The position numbers were made by a program, and so were the translations under genes. DNA of 64,000 nt from Dehalococcoidia bacterium (GTDB lineage Bacteria; Chloroflexota; Dehalococcoidia; SM23-28-2; RBG-16-64-32): assembly GCA_963665775.2 (NCBI GenBank), contig CAXXTF010000002.1:1429300-1493299 (forward strand). The letters run 5' to 3'. A model generated the notes under the pieces. It saw only the letters and a program-made list of their open reading frames with translations, ran no database searches and was not told where the DNA came from. Shown here piece by piece: positions 1-10,158 of the stretch; within the stretch, counting starts at the first letter, position 1, and the number at the start of each line of letters is the position of its first letter.

Positions 1-114
1 AGAGCCCCGGCCAACCACTGAGACTACGTTGAGCCCCGCGAAGCCTGCCTCGGCCAAGGCAGCCGTCACCGCCGTCACCTTCTCCACGCGGATGATTGCC
101 TCTATCTTTTTCAT
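1..114 (-). CDS. PII nitrogen regulatory protein (GlnB/GlnK family), 5' part; runs off the window
   Basis: Manual translation MKKIEAIIRVEKVTAVTAALAEAGFAGLNVVSVVGRGS is a PII N-terminus; GAGGAGA RBS upstream. Not in the ORF track. Confidence 0.9.
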   Translation of the reverse strand, partial: MKKIEAIIRVEKVTAVTAALAEAGFAGLNVVSVVGRGS

Positions 115-225
115 CGGTCATCTCCTCTCTGATCTCTCTCTCTATCGTAATTCCGGCCCGCTACGATATGGGTTCGTGATGTACACGACTCAAATTGAAC
201 AGCGTAGTTTACATTGCGACTGAAA

Positions 226-597
226 CTACTCCAACGCAGCGCGGGCCTTTTCCAGGTCATCGGCGCCGAAGGCGATCCGTGAGTGCGTGGCCTCGTAAAT
301 CAGCTGTATGTTGACCCCAGCATAGGCCATTCGTCGGGCGAGCTTTGCGATTTCACCAGGTCGATCCGGGACGTCTACGACCAACATCGCACGTTCGCCG
401 CTAACCTGAAACCCAGCCCCTTCGAGGGCACGTCGCGCTCCCGCTGCGTCCTCCACTAAAATATGGTCGACGGCCCCCACCTCTACTGGGTATCCAAACA
501 TCCCATCGATGTTGACGCCAGCGTTCCCCAGGGCTTCCAGGATGCCGGCAAGTGAGCCCGGTTGATCCGGCACGAGAAGCATAAGATCCGTAGCCAT
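226..597 (-). CDS. Tandem ACT-domain amino-acid-binding protein
   Basis: Two ACT motifs (PDQPGSLAGILEALGNAGVNI and PDRPGEIAKLARRMAYAGVNI); AGGAGG RBS before ATG 597. Confidence 0.85.
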   Translation of the reverse strand: MATDLMLLVPDQPGSLAGILEALGNAGVNIDGMFGYPVEVGAVDHILVEDAAGARRALEGAGFQVSGERAMLVVDVPDRPGEIAKLARRMAYAGVNIQLIYEATHSRIAFGADDLEKARAALE

Positions 598-819
598 GAT
601 TTTCCTCCTTCGCGTAGTGACTAAACGTCTGCCGCACATTATACCGTGCCACTTAGCTGTGGGGTGGAGCGAGGCCCTAAACAGAGTCGTACACGATAGG
701 ACTCCGGCTGAAGCACGAGCTAACGAGCGGCGGCCTAACTACGTTCGTGCCGCTGATGTTTCCTTCTTCACATTGAGAGGCAAACCCCCATCTGGTGGTC
801 GTACTTTTTTACCCCTGCT

Positions 820-889
820 TATTGTCTAGACCACGCGGGGACCACTGCCTGACCAGAACACGGTGGACGCGCCCTTGGTCTAGACTGGT
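820..889. promoter_or_regulatory. Pair of GTCTAGAC-core palindromes, GntR/HutC (DasR/NagR-like) operator candidates
   Basis: TTGTCTAGACCA near 822-833 and TGGTCTAGACTG near 876-887, upstream of the ACT gene; resemble TGGTCTAGACCA. Confidence 0.35.
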
Positions 890-976
890 GTGAAATATTG
901 CCCATTTGTAGGGCGTTAGCCTGGCTCACTTAGATACGGATGAGCATTGAGCCCCCACACCGCTTTGTCAGGGGGA

Positions 977-2320
977 TTACAGTATCGGCAAATAGCGCTT
1001 CAGTTCGTAGTCGGTTACGTGGCGGCGGAAGTTGCTCCACTCGATCTTCTTGTTGGTGAGCAGGCTCTCGAAGAGGTGGTCGCCCAGGCAGCGGCGCAAC
1101 AGCTCGCTCCCCTCGGCGTACTCGATCGCCTCCCAGAGGCTGCCCGGCAAGTGGCTGATGCCATCCTGCTTGCGTTCCTCATCTGTCATCGCGAAGACGT
1201 TCCTCTCCACCGGCTGCGGGCAGGGATACTCCTTCTCGATTCCCTCTAGGCCGGCGGCGAGCATGGCGGCGAAGGCCAGGTACGGGTTGCAAGCCGGGTC
1301 CGGGGCTCTGTATTCGATGCGGGTGGCGCTCTCCTTGCCGGGCTTGTACTCAGGTATGCGGACCAGATCGGAGCGATTGCGGCGGGCCCAGGAGAGATAT
1401 ACCGGGGCCTCAAATCCGGGGACGAGGCGCTTGTAGGAGTTGACCCACTGGTTGGTGACCAGGGTGATCTCCTTGGCGTGGTGGAGGATGCCGCCGACGT
1501 AGCTGCGGGCGAGGGCGGACAGGTGGTAGGGATCGTCGGCATCGAAGAAGGCGTTGCGCTCGCCCTTGAACAGGGACTGGTGAACGTGCATGCCGGAGCC
1601 GTTCTGGTCGGCCAGGGGCTTCGGCATGAAGGTAGCGTAAACGTTGTTCTTGAGGGCCACCTCTTTGACGACGAGCCGATAGGTCATGGTGTTATCGGCC
1701 ATTGTGAGGGCGTCTGTGTAGCGGAGATCGATCTCGTGCTGGGAGGGGGCGACCTCGTGATGAGAGGCCACGACAGCGATGCCCAACTCTTCCAGGGTGA
1801 GAACGGTCTCCCGGCGCAGATCGGTGGCGGCGTCCAGGGGGGTGAGGTCAAAGTAGCCGCCGGTATCCAGGAGCTCCGTGCTGTCTTGCCTAGCGAAATA
1901 GAAGTACTCCAGCTCTGGGCCTACGTAGAAGGTATATCCTAGGTCTGCGGCGCGCTGGAGGCTGCAGCGTAGGACGAAGCGGGGGTCGCCTTGGAAGGGG
2001 CTTCCGTCCGGGTGAAGGATGTCACAGAACATGCGGGCAACGCTGCGCTCCTGGGGGCGCCAGGGGAGGATGGCGAAGGTAGATGGGTCCGGCATCGCCA
2101 TCATGTCGGACTCGTCGATGCGGGCGAAGCCTTCGATCGAGGAGCCGTCGAAGCCGGTGCCTTCCTCGAGGGCCTGGGGCAGCTCCTCCACCGTAATGGC
2201 GACGCTCTTGAGGAAGCCGAGGATATCGGTAAACCAGAGGCGGATGAACTTGACGTCGTGCTCTTTGGCCATCTGTAGCACGTAATCGATGCTCTGGCGG
2301 CGGTTATTCATCTGGTTCAA
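977..2320 (-). CDS. glnA: Glutamine synthetase type I (I-alpha/GlnA2-like)
   Basis: [51 protein letters not shown] motifs; 447 aa. Confidence 0.93.
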   Translation of the reverse strand: MNQMNNRRQSIDYVLQMAKEHDVKFIRLWFTDILGFLKSVAITVEELPQALEEGTGFDGSSIEGFARIDESDMMAMPDPSTFAILPWRPQERSVARMFCDILHPDGSPFQGDPRFVLRCSLQRAADLGYTFYVGPELEYFYFARQDSTELLDTGGYFDLTPLDAATDLRRETVLTLEELGIAVVASHHEVAPSQHEIDLRYTDALTMADNTMTYRLVVKEVALKNNVYATFMPKPLADQNGSGMHVHQSLFKGERNAFFDADDPYHLSALARSYVGGILHHAKEITLVTNQWVNSYKRLVPGFEAPVYLSWARRNRSDLVRIPEYKPGKESATRIEYRAPDPACNPYLAFAAMLAAGLEGIEKEYPCPQPVERNVFAMTDEERKQDGISHLPGSLWEAIEYAEGSELLRRCLGDHLFESLLTNKKIEWSNFRRHVTDYELKRYLPIL

Positions 2321-2424
2321 TCCCCTGGCTGGCCCCGATCTTGATCAAACCATAAGCAGGAGCCTGCACCCTCGGGAGCAACGCGCCCGGGCCGGCCGGC
2401 TCACGGAGGCCGGGCGAGGCGGCC

Positions 2425-3867
2425 CTAGACGTCGAAGTAGAGATAGAACTCCCACGGGTGGGGCCGCAGCCGGACGGGGTCGATTTCAGCCTCGCGCTTG
2501 TACTCCTGCCAGACATCCAGGACGTCGCCGGTGAAGACGCCGCCATCGAGGAGGAAGTCGTGGTCTTCCTCAAGGGCGCGCAGGGACTCTTCCAGGGAGC
2601 CGGGGACGGTCCGGAGGGAGGCTTGCTCCTCTGGGGTGAGGTCGTAGGTGTTCTTATCCAGGGGCGGACCGGGATCGATCTCGTTCTTAATACCGTCCAG
2701 TCCGGCCAAGAGCAGGGCCGGAAAAGCCAGGTAAGGGTTGCAGGAGGGGTCTGGGGGGCGGAACTCTATGCGCTTGGCCTTAGGGTTAGTGTTGTAGACC
2801 GGGATGCGGGCGGCGGCGGAGCGGTTGCGGGCGGAATAGACGAGATTCACAGGCGCCTCATAGCCGGGAACCAACCGCTTGTACGAGTTGGTGGTGGGGG
2901 CGCAGAAGGCCATGAGAGCGGGGGCGTGCTTCAGCAGGCCGCCGATGTAGTAGAGGGCTGTTTTGCTGATCAGGGCGTAACCCTCGGGGTCGTAGAAGAG
3001 GTTGGTGCCGTTCTTCCAGAGGGACTGGTGGACGTGCATGCCGGAGCCGTTGTCGCCGAAGAGGGGCTTGGGCATGAAGGTGGCGACCATGTTGTGCTTG
3101 CGGGCGACGTTCTTGACGATGTATTTGTACCAGAGTACCTTGTCAGCCATGCTGGTGAGGGTATCGAATTTCATGTCGATCTCGCCCTGGCCGGCGGTGG
3201 CCACCTCGTGGTGGTGGACTTCGATGGGGATGCCGACACCCATCATGGTGAGGATCATCTCGCTGCGGATGTCCTGGAGGGAGTCGTGGGGTGGGACGGG
3301 GAAGTAGCCCTCCTTGAAGTGGGGCTTGTAGCCCAGGTTCGGGTTCTCCTCGCGGCCGCTGTTCCAGGCGCCCTCGATGGAGTCGATGTAGTAGTAGCCG
3401 GAGTTCTCGGTCTGGTCGAAGCGGATATCGTCGAAGATGAAGAACTCCAGCTCCGGCCCCCAGTAGGAAGTGTCGGCGACGCCGGAGTTACGTAGGTGTT
3501 CCTCCGCCTTGCGGGCGATGTAGCGGGGGTCGCGGGTATAGGGCTGCTTCGTCAGCGGGTCGTAGATGTCGCAGGTGATGGAGAGGGTAGGTATAGAGCA
3601 GGCGGGGTCCAGCCGGGCCGTGTCAGGGTCCGGAATAAGGAGCATGTCCGATTCCTGGATCTTCTGGAAGCCGCGGATACTGGATCCATCAAAGCCGATC
3701 CCCTCCACCCAGATGGAGGTGGTGAGATCCTCCATCTCCGTGAGCTGTGAGGGTGGGATGGAGAAGTGCTGCCAGAGGCCCGGCAGGTCGTTGAACTTGA
3801 AGTCAACGATCTGGATGTTGTGCTCCTTGATGAGATCGCTGACTTTCTGGGCGTCCTGTGGCGTCAA
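2425..3867 (-). CDS. glnA: Glutamine synthetase type I-beta
   Basis: FDGSSIRGF, the I-beta insertion, [12 protein letters not shown], adenylylation-loop-like DKNTYDL and [11 protein letters not shown] end; TTG start after AAGGAGG. Confidence 0.96.
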   Translation of the reverse strand: MTPQDAQKVSDLIKEHNIQIVDFKFNDLPGLWQHFSIPPSQLTEMEDLTTSIWVEGIGFDGSSIRGFQKIQESDMLLIPDPDTARLDPACSIPTLSITCDIYDPLTKQPYTRDPRYIARKAEEHLRNSGVADTSYWGPELEFFIFDDIRFDQTENSGYYYIDSIEGAWNSGREENPNLGYKPHFKEGYFPVPPHDSLQDIRSEMILTMMGVGIPIEVHHHEVATAGQGEIDMKFDTLTSMADKVLWYKYIVKNVARKHNMVATFMPKPLFGDNGSGMHVHQSLWKNGTNLFYDPEGYALISKTALYYIGGLLKHAPALMAFCAPTTNSYKRLVPGYEAPVNLVYSARNRSAAARIPVYNTNPKAKRIEFRPPDPSCNPYLAFPALLLAGLDGIKNEIDPGPPLDKNTYDLTPEEQASLRTVPGSLEESLRALEEDHDFLLDGGVFTGDVLDVWQEYKREAEIDPVRLRPHPWEFYLYFDV

Positions 3868-3994
3868 GTCTCTGTTCCTCCTTGAGATGCGGAATTGCTG
3901 GGGCTAATCGTAAGGCTAGCTGCTACCAATTAACCGGGGCTCACGTTACATGTTTATTAACGATGGTGAGCCTGTGCCCTGATCCGGAGCGCTT

Positions 3995-4248
3995 CTAGAC
4001 GACGCTCTCCCCCCTTTCGCCGGTGCGGACACGGATGGCATCGCTGACCGGCATCACGAAGATCTTGCCGTCGCCTATGTTTCCCGTCTGGGCGGCCTTG
4101 CAGATCACAGAGATCACCTCGTCGGTCTGGCTGTCTTTCACTATGACGTCGACGTCGATCTTGACCTTTGGCAGCATGTCTTTCTGGCAGGTCTGGCCGC
4201 CGCGGCCCACAGCTTCTCGGGGCGGATGATCGCTTCTATCTTCTGCAT
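3995..4248 (-). pseudogene. glnK: glnK/PII with internal deletion and frameshift
   Basis: ATG 4248 gives MQKIEAIIRPEKL, then a second frame gives GRGGQ...DMLPKVK...TGNIGDGKIFVMPV...RVRTGERG. Span is 254 nt (not a multiple of 3; PII genes are ~340 nt). Directly downstream of amtB. Confidence 0.85.
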
Positions 4249-4263
4249 GTTTCGGTTCGCTCC

Positions 4264-5613
4264 TTATGAGGCTTCGCTGCTGCCTTGCGGCGGTGCGGGC
4301 TGGGGGGTGGGGGCGGGCGTTCCGGCGGGGGCGATGGGACTCGCTTCCTCGAAGATGTAGCCCCGCTCGCCGTGTTGGGAGACGTCCAGGCCCAGCTGCT
4401 CCTCCTCTTCTGTTATACGCAACCCCATCACTCTGTCAAGCACGAGGAGGATGACGCCGGTGCCGACGAAGGAGAAGCCCCAGATGGCGCCGATGCCGGC
4501 CAGCTGCTTGGCTAGCTGGCCACCACCATCGCCATCGATGAGGCCGGCCCCTCCGCCTATAGCGGCGACCGCGAAGATACCGGTGGCGAAGGCGCCCCAG
4601 GTGCCGCCCACGCCGTGGACGCCCCAGACATCGAGGGAGTCGTCCAGGTTGAGCTTAATTCGGAGCTGGACGGCCAGATAGGTGAAGAGGCCGGCGCCGA
4701 TGCCGATGAGGAGGGCGGGGGCGGAGTTCAGGTAGCCGTCAGTGCCCGGCCAGGAGCCGATGAAGCCGGCGGCGGGGGTGATGGCAACCAGGCCGGCCAC
4801 GGCACCGGTGGCGGCCCCTACTATGCTGGGCTTCTTGTGGAAGTACCAGCTCAGACCGACCCAGGTGAGGGCGGCGGCAGCGGAGGCGACATGGGTGACG
4901 ACGAAGGCGTTGGTGGCGAGGCCGCCCGCCGCCAGGGCGCTACCGGCGTTGAAGCCGAACCAGCCGAACCAGAGGAGCACGGCGCCCAGTACCACCATAC
5001 TCACGTTGTGGGGCTCCATGGGCTCTCGGCCGTAGCCTAAGCGCCTGCCGAAGATGAGGGCCGCTACCAGCGCCGCCACGCCGGCGTTGATGTGGACCAC
5101 GGTACCGCCGGCGAAGTCCAGGGCGCCCAGCTCGCCTAGCCAGCCGGTGGCACCATTGGCATCGAGGGCCCATACCCAGTGGGCGACCGGCGCGTACACT
5201 ATGGTCACCCAGAGCACGGTGAAGACCATGAGGGTGCTGAACTTGGCCCGCTCGGCGAAGGCGCCGATGATAAGGGCCGGGGTGATAACCGCGAACATCA
5301 TCTGGAAGACCATGAAGGCTTGGTGGGGGATAGTCGTGGCGTAGATCTCGGATGGCTCCAGCCCCACGTTTCGGAGGCCGAACCAGGAGAGGTCGCCGAT
5401 GATGCCACCTCGGTCAGGGCCGAAGGCCAGGCTGTAGCCCCAGAGCACCCAGACCACGCTGACGACGGCCAGGATGGCGAAGCTCTGCATGATGGTGGCG
5501 CTGGCGTTCTTGTTGCGCACCAAGCCGCCGTAGAAAAAGCCTACCCCCGGCGTCATAAGCATCACCAGGGCGGCCGAGATGAGAATCCAGGTCGTATCGC
5601 CCGTATCTAGCAT
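4264..5613 (-). CDS. amtB: Ammonium transporter AmtB
   Basis: DTGDTTW, FQMMFAVIT, DFAGGTVVH, WFGWFGFNAGS, DDSLDVWGVHG motifs; AAGGGAGG RBS before ATG 5613. Confidence 0.97.
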   Translation of the reverse strand: MLDTGDTTWILISAALVMLMTPGVGFFYGGLVRNKNASATIMQSFAILAVVSVVWVLWGYSLAFGPDRGGIIGDLSWFGLRNVGLEPSEIYATTIPHQAFMVFQMMFAVITPALIIGAFAERAKFSTLMVFTVLWVTIVYAPVAHWVWALDANGATGWLGELGALDFAGGTVVHINAGVAALVAALIFGRRLGYGREPMEPHNVSMVVLGAVLLWFGWFGFNAGSALAAGGLATNAFVVTHVASAAAALTWVGLSWYFHKKPSIVGAATGAVAGLVAITPAAGFIGSWPGTDGYLNSAPALLIGIGAGLFTYLAVQLRIKLNLDDSLDVWGVHGVGGTWGAFATGIFAVAAIGGGAGLIDGDGGGQLAKQLAGIGAIWGFSFVGTGVILLVLDRVMGLRITEEEEQLGLDVSQHGERGYIFEEASPIAPAGTPAPTPQPAPPQGSSEAS

Positions 5614-5668
5614 GGATGATCCTCCCTTATCTATTTGCGACAACTTATCACGGGGTCAGGGGGAGGCA

Positions 5669-5707
5669 TGTTACGGGCGTGTTACGCGGCGGTTAAGACT
5701 ATGTTAC
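5669..5707 (-). promoter_or_regulatory. Four helically phased repeats (GTAAC-N6), GlnR/OmpR-type box upstream of amtB
   Basis: Plus strand TGTTAC 5669, TGTTAC 5680, GGTTAA 5691, TGTTAC 5702; exact 11-bp period. Confidence 0.7.
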
Positions 5708-6017
5708 GGGGGTGGCGCGGGAGACTACGGGTCGTCGGCATCCTCATTCCTCGTTAACGCATCGGCTGCGGTTGGATCCAGGCGAAGGCCCTTGGGCCGA
5801 TCGGGCGGCCGTTATCCTCCCGTAGTCCCGATAGCCGGCGCTCCGGTGCTCCACCGCCATCGGCCCCGCCCAGGAGCCACGCCGGCGACTGCTTGACTCC
5901 AGGGTCAGTGCCGCTATTCAGCCATAGCGTGCGGAAGCGAACCAGGCCCAATCCCTCAACCGGGAACAGATCATACCTTTTAGCCCTTTCGTCCGTTATA
6001 GCAACGGAATAGGGAGG

Positions 6018-8705
6018 GTGACAATGCGCCCAGGATGGCAACTGTCTCTCGTTGTTCTCGCTCTGTTGGCCCTCGCCGCCGCCTGCGAGGACAAGGCGGA
6101 GCTATCGCCGGCCGCGTCTGAACAAGCGCCTACAGCGACGCCCTCGCCGATGCCAACGGCCACGCCGGCACCAACCCCGACGCCAACGCCGACGGCGACG
6201 CCCGCGGCCGGCGCACCCGCCGAGGTCCAGGCGTTAGTGGACGCCGCCCTCTCCGGCGACCCCGAGGCGCTCCGCCCGTTTCTAGATTATGCTGCTATCC
6301 CCTGCAGCACCGCTATACCCGTGGGCCCTGGCGGACCGCCCTTGTGCCGCGAGGGTGAAGCTGACGGCACTCTTGTCGATGTGTTGTTCCTTTCGAGCTG
6401 TGAGGGTGGGTACTCGCGCCCTGACGAGCTCGATCGGACGTTGGTCACGCTGTCGGATATCGACTTCTATGCTGTCTACCGAATGCCGGAGCGGTTCAAC
6501 GCGTCGCCCTTCGCCGCCGAGTACGTGGCGATATTCTCGCGGATAATCGAGGGGGAAAAGGAGGATACCCAGGGCCTAGCGGGGCTGCTGGTCGATGAGG
6601 GCAAGCTAGTCGCCGTCATGTTTGGCTGTTTCCAGACGCCGGAGCAGTTCGTCGAGGCCTGGCAGCTGGAGGACGTCGTTGTTGCGCCGGCTTCGCCTCC
6701 GCTCGCCTCTCCTATTGCACCGCGATCGCCAACGATCACCCTTGACCTCCTTGCGCTGGAGTTCGGCAAATGCGGCTATTTTTCCGTTAGCGGGAAGGTC
6801 CTAACCACGAGCGGTTCGATTTCACGCCTAACTTGGCATTGGGGTGACGGCAGCATGACCACTAACCAGCTTCCAGCGTCACACCAGTACTCGACTAATG
6901 GTACCTATGAGGTGGAGGTAGGCGCGTTTTCCAGCACCGGCGATGCCGAAGCCCACGTAACAACTATTGCCATTGACATCACCAACGCTGACGACCCCGC
7001 CTGCAAAGGCAGCGTGCGAGCGCATCCGACAACCGTCATCCTCAGGGACGGCAAAACTACTGAACAACTTCGTCTTGAGATACGTGGCCCAAGCGGAGAG
7101 CTCGTTTCGCCGATTGGACGGGAAGTCATCTATACGAGTAGTGATCCCTCGCTGGTTCAAGTGGATGCATCGGGTGTGGTGACTAGCACCGGCTTCGGGG
7201 AGGCCGAGATTAGGGTATGGGTGGAAGGTATCGCGAGGCAGGGAACGACAAAAGTGATCGCCGGGCACTTTCGCGTTGAACCCCCGATCCTGCTGCTTTC
7301 CGTGGCCGATGAGCCGACCGGTGCCCTCATACTGAACGTGGCCAACGCCGACGGCACGCCGGTGAATCTGGCTGGCCGGAACATCAGCTTCTTCGGTGGA
7401 AACAGTGTGGCGAGCGTAAACGGTACAGGGATGGTCACGGCCCATCGCCCTCCTCAATCGTTTGGTGAGACGCCGTATATCAGGGCAAGCGTGGATGGCA
7501 ATGCATCATCTAACGCCGCCGTAATAAGAGTCACTACCAACACTCTCGGACTTGACATGTTCCTCTTGGAGCAGTCCAACGTCGCCTTCTATATCCCTGA
7601 GCAGATCGGCGACTTCAACTATCGCCAGGTCTTCAGCGATTACGACATCGCTCGCATCATTAATCTAGCCTATGAGTTTGAGGCACAGCTCAGCGGCCTG
7701 CGTCCTTTCGATGCTGCCCTCCAGTATCTCGTCGGCGAACCCTATCCAGGCGACAGTACCGGTCCATGCGGGCTTTCTGGCAATCCGATCCGCCTTGGCG
7801 CAGATGTCGACAACGTCCAATTCAGCTGCCTGGCTGTGACGTCCCGACCAGCCATTCCCCACTGGGCTGTCTACTTACACGAGTTGGGCCACAACTTTAC
7901 ATTTGCTTCGGTGCGCTTCGCTCAGTTCAAGCGTGGCAGCAACGTAGGCAATAGCAACTTTATCTACAGCGAAGCACTGGCCTCGATCGTGGGACTGTAC
8001 GCCGCCGAGATGATGCAGAGAGAAGCAGCCCAGTACGGAATCCCTGCTAGTACGGTTGAGGCGGTGATGTCCCAATTCGGGCACGCCGAAGAAACACCAG
8101 CCCTTAGCGATTACATCGAGAGCGGGTCAGTGTACTCCCAGATCAACGTTGCCGTGCTATACGACATGATGGCGACAATCGTAGATAACTACGACGGCTA
8201 TGATACGTTGTATCGCTTCTTTTCCGTGTTTCTTCCGAGCGACGTCCCTCTTCCGTTTAATATCGACTCCGATGCCAGGCAGGCAACCTTCTTCGTCGCG
8301 GCGATGAGTGCTGCCGATGAGACTAACTTACGGCCGCTCTTCAGGGAATGGGGCTTCCCCTTGGATGACACCTATTACGATCAGATCTATCCCCAGGTGG
8401 AACAGATGGTAGCCCAGCGTGACCCGGCGGCAAATGCGGGCAGAGATCGAGTGATACCGTTGGGACAAGATGTCGTACTGGACGATGCTTACGTCTTCGA
8501 CTGGGAGGGCGACCCGTTGACTCTCACCTGGGAAGTCGTAAGTCAGCCGCCCGGCAGTGCAGCCTTCTTTTCCGATCCGACAGGTCTGCACCCTACTTTT
8601 TCCGCGGATACGGTCGGCGCGTACGTCCTCACGCTCACAGCTCAGGGCGGAACGGTCGCCGGCATCTCTGACACAGTTACCGTCTCCGTTACGTTGACGC
8701 CCTAG
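6018..8705 (+). CDS. Large lipoprotein: PT-rich linker, PKD and Ig-like domains, HEXXH zinc metallopeptidase domain
   Basis: Lipobox LAAAC; WHWGDGS...HQYSTNGTY (PKD); YTSSDPSLVQVDASGVVT (Big_2-like); HELGH followed by YSEALAS; ANAGRD...EGDPLTLTW (PKD-like). Confidence 0.7.
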   Translation: MTMRPGWQLSLVVLALLALAAACEDKAELSPAASEQAPTATPSPMPTATPAPTPTPTPTATPAAGAPAEVQALVDAALSGDPEALRPFLDYAAIPCSTAIPVGPGGPPLCREGEADGTLVDVLFLSSCEGGYSRPDELDRTLVTLSDIDFYAVYRMPERFNASPFAAEYVAIFSRIIEGEKEDTQGLAGLLVDEGKLVAVMFGCFQTPEQFVEAWQLEDVVVAPASPPLASPIAPRSPTITLDLLALEFGKCGYFSVSGKVLTTSGSISRLTWHWGDGSMTTNQLPASHQYSTNGTYEVEVGAFSSTGDAEAHVTTIAIDITNADDPACKGSVRAHPTTVILRDGKTTEQLRLEIRGPSGELVSPIGREVIYTSSDPSLVQVDASGVVTSTGFGEAEIRVWVEGIARQGTTKVIAGHFRVEPPILLLSVADEPTGALILNVANADGTPVNLAGRNISFFGGNSVASVNGTGMVTAHRPPQSFGETPYIRASVDGNASSNAAVIRVTTNTLGLDMFLLEQSNVAFYIPEQIGDFNYRQVFSDYDIARIINLAYEFEAQLSGLRPFDAALQYLVGEPYPGDSTGPCGLSGNPIRLGADVDNVQFSCLAVTSRPAIPHWAVYLHELGHNFTFASVRFAQFKRGSNVGNSNFIYSEALASIVGLYAAEMMQREAAQYGIPASTVEAVMSQFGHAEETPALSDYIESGSVYSQINVAVLYDMMATIVDNYDGYDTLYRFFSVFLPSDVPLPFNIDSDARQATFFVAAMSAADETNLRPLFREWGFPLDDTYYDQIYPQVEQMVAQRDPAANAGRDRVIPLGQDVVLDDAYVFDWEGDPLTLTWEVVSQPPGSAAFFSDPTGLHPTFSADTVGAYVLTLTAQGGTVAGISDTVTVSVTLTP

Positions 8706-8804
8706 TGCATGGGGACGACTACTTCGCCGTATAGTCCGCCCGGTGCCGCAGGGGGGTTACGCGTAAGTTCGCGAGGCTGCCGGCCCTCGCCTTTCCGGCA
8801 GGCT

Positions 8805-8950
8805 AGGCAGCCCGGCGCAGGGAGCAACACCGTCTTCGCGGGCCGTGGGCTGGCCTTCAGTCCAGACGTGTTTTACAAACTCAACCAGCTACAGACGGGT
8901 GATACGATCAGGCTCGTCAGGGAAAACGGAACGGTGCTTCTGTATTCAAT
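8805..8950 (+). pseudogene. Sortase fragment
   Basis: PGAGSNTVFAGR...VFYKLNQLQTGDTIRL matches the sortase GNxVxAGH...FxxLxxLxxGD pattern, with His changed to Arg and no TLxTC. Confidence 0.55.
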
Positions 8951-9113
8951 TCACATACTGGGCCTAGCATTATCCAGCCATGTTTCCGACTTACCTGCGG
9001 CCATCGCTGGCGGTCGCCACTCTATTCACACACCATTAACTCATAGTGTCGCGCCGTCGATTGATTCGTTTCGGCCGATTCGCTCCCGTTACGTCCCACG
9101 TTCTCCGCCGCCT

Positions 9114-9147
9114 CGCTTGACTTCCTCTTGCAGCAGAGTGATGAATG
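9114..9147 (+). promoter_or_regulatory. Bipartite motif copy 1 upstream of integrase 1
   Basis: CGCTTGACTTC-N9-CAGAGTGATGAATG; related copies at 19875, 20373, 27937, 30044 and 62115. Confidence 0.7.
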
Positions 9148-9183
9148 CAACACGGCCTTCTATATCTAAGTGTGGGGGGGAGC

Positions 9184-10158
9184 ATGGAGAGAAACGGCGA
9201 CGGCAACGGTAGCCACCAGCGGGACCTGACGGGGATCATCGAACTCTACCTCACCTCCTGTCGCATCGAGGGGAAGTCCAAGGAGACCATCCGGTCTTAT
9301 CGGGAGACCCTTGGGATCTTTACGAATGTGATCGAGGAGAAGAGACTACCCGAGGATCTCGCCTCCTTCACCGCTGCCCACGTCTACCAGTTCCTGGGGT
9401 GCGTGGCCGACACCGGCGTCTCGGCCATGACCCAGTGGCGCCGGCAACGGGAGACCAGAGCCTTCTTCTCCTGGCTGATGCGTCATGACTACGTGGCGAC
9501 CAACCCGTTCTCCAAGGTGAAGAACATCAAGGTGCCGCAGAAGGTGATTCGGCCCTTCTCCCAGGAGGATGTCCTGCGCCTTCTCGCCTACTGCCATCCC
9601 TCGACCCACAAAGGGGGCAGAGACCGGGCCCTCATTCTCGTCCTGCTGGACACTGGCCTTAGGGCGACCGAGTTATGTAACCTTCTGCTGGAAGAGGTCG
9701 ACTTTGAGACTGGGCGCATGCACGTCAGTCACGGGAAGGGGAACAAACAGCGGGTGGTCCGGTTTGGGGATGAGGCGCGCCGGGCCATCCAGCACTACCT
9801 GGGACGGTTCCGAGGCGGTGGCCCCGGGCCGCTATTTCTGACCTGCCGGGGCGGACAACTGTGCCGGACTGCCCTGCGGACCATCTTCCAGAGGCTGGGC
9901 CAGAAGGCCTCTCTACATCACGTACATCCGCATCGCTTCCGCCACACCTTCGCCACCTGGGCCATCGAGCAGCAAGCGAGGGAGATTGACGTACAGGCGC
10001 TTCTTGGCCACTCCACGCCGGCGATGCTACGGCGCTACACGGCGACCTACGATGCCGAGAAAGCGGCGCAGGCCCACGTCCTGTTCAGCCCGGCAGATCG
10101 CTTGAAGGGGAGGCTAGCGGAGGGTAGCCCGATTTCTGGGAAGGCCCGATTAGCCTGA
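9184..10158 (+). CDS. Tyrosine recombinase/integrase (XerC/D-like)
   Basis: DTGLRATE (R), GKGNKQR (K), HRFRH, LLGH, RRY catalytic set; G-rich RBS before ATG 9184 (in-frame ATG also at 9145). Confidence 0.93.
   Translation: MERNGDGNGSHQRDLTGIIELYLTSCRIEGKSKETIRSYRETLGIFTNVIEEKRLPEDLASFTAAHVYQFLGCVADTGVSAMTQWRRQRETRAFFSWLMRHDYVATNPFSKVKNIKVPQKVIRPFSQEDVLRLLAYCHPSTHKGGRDRALILVLLDTGLRATELCNLLLEEVDFETGRMHVSHGKGNKQRVVRFGDEARRAIQHYLGRFRGGGPGPLFLTCRGGQLCRTALRTIFQRLGQKASLHHVHPHRFRHTFATWAIEQQAREIDVQALLGHSTPAMLRRYTATYDAEKAAQAHVLFSPADRLKGRLAEGSPISGKARLA

Noticed and set aside
3868-3994. glnA (glutamine) riboswitch
   Set aside because: A GGCTCAC/GTGAGCC inverted repeat and ATCGTT occur, but not the CGGAAG core; the region fits a promoter better.
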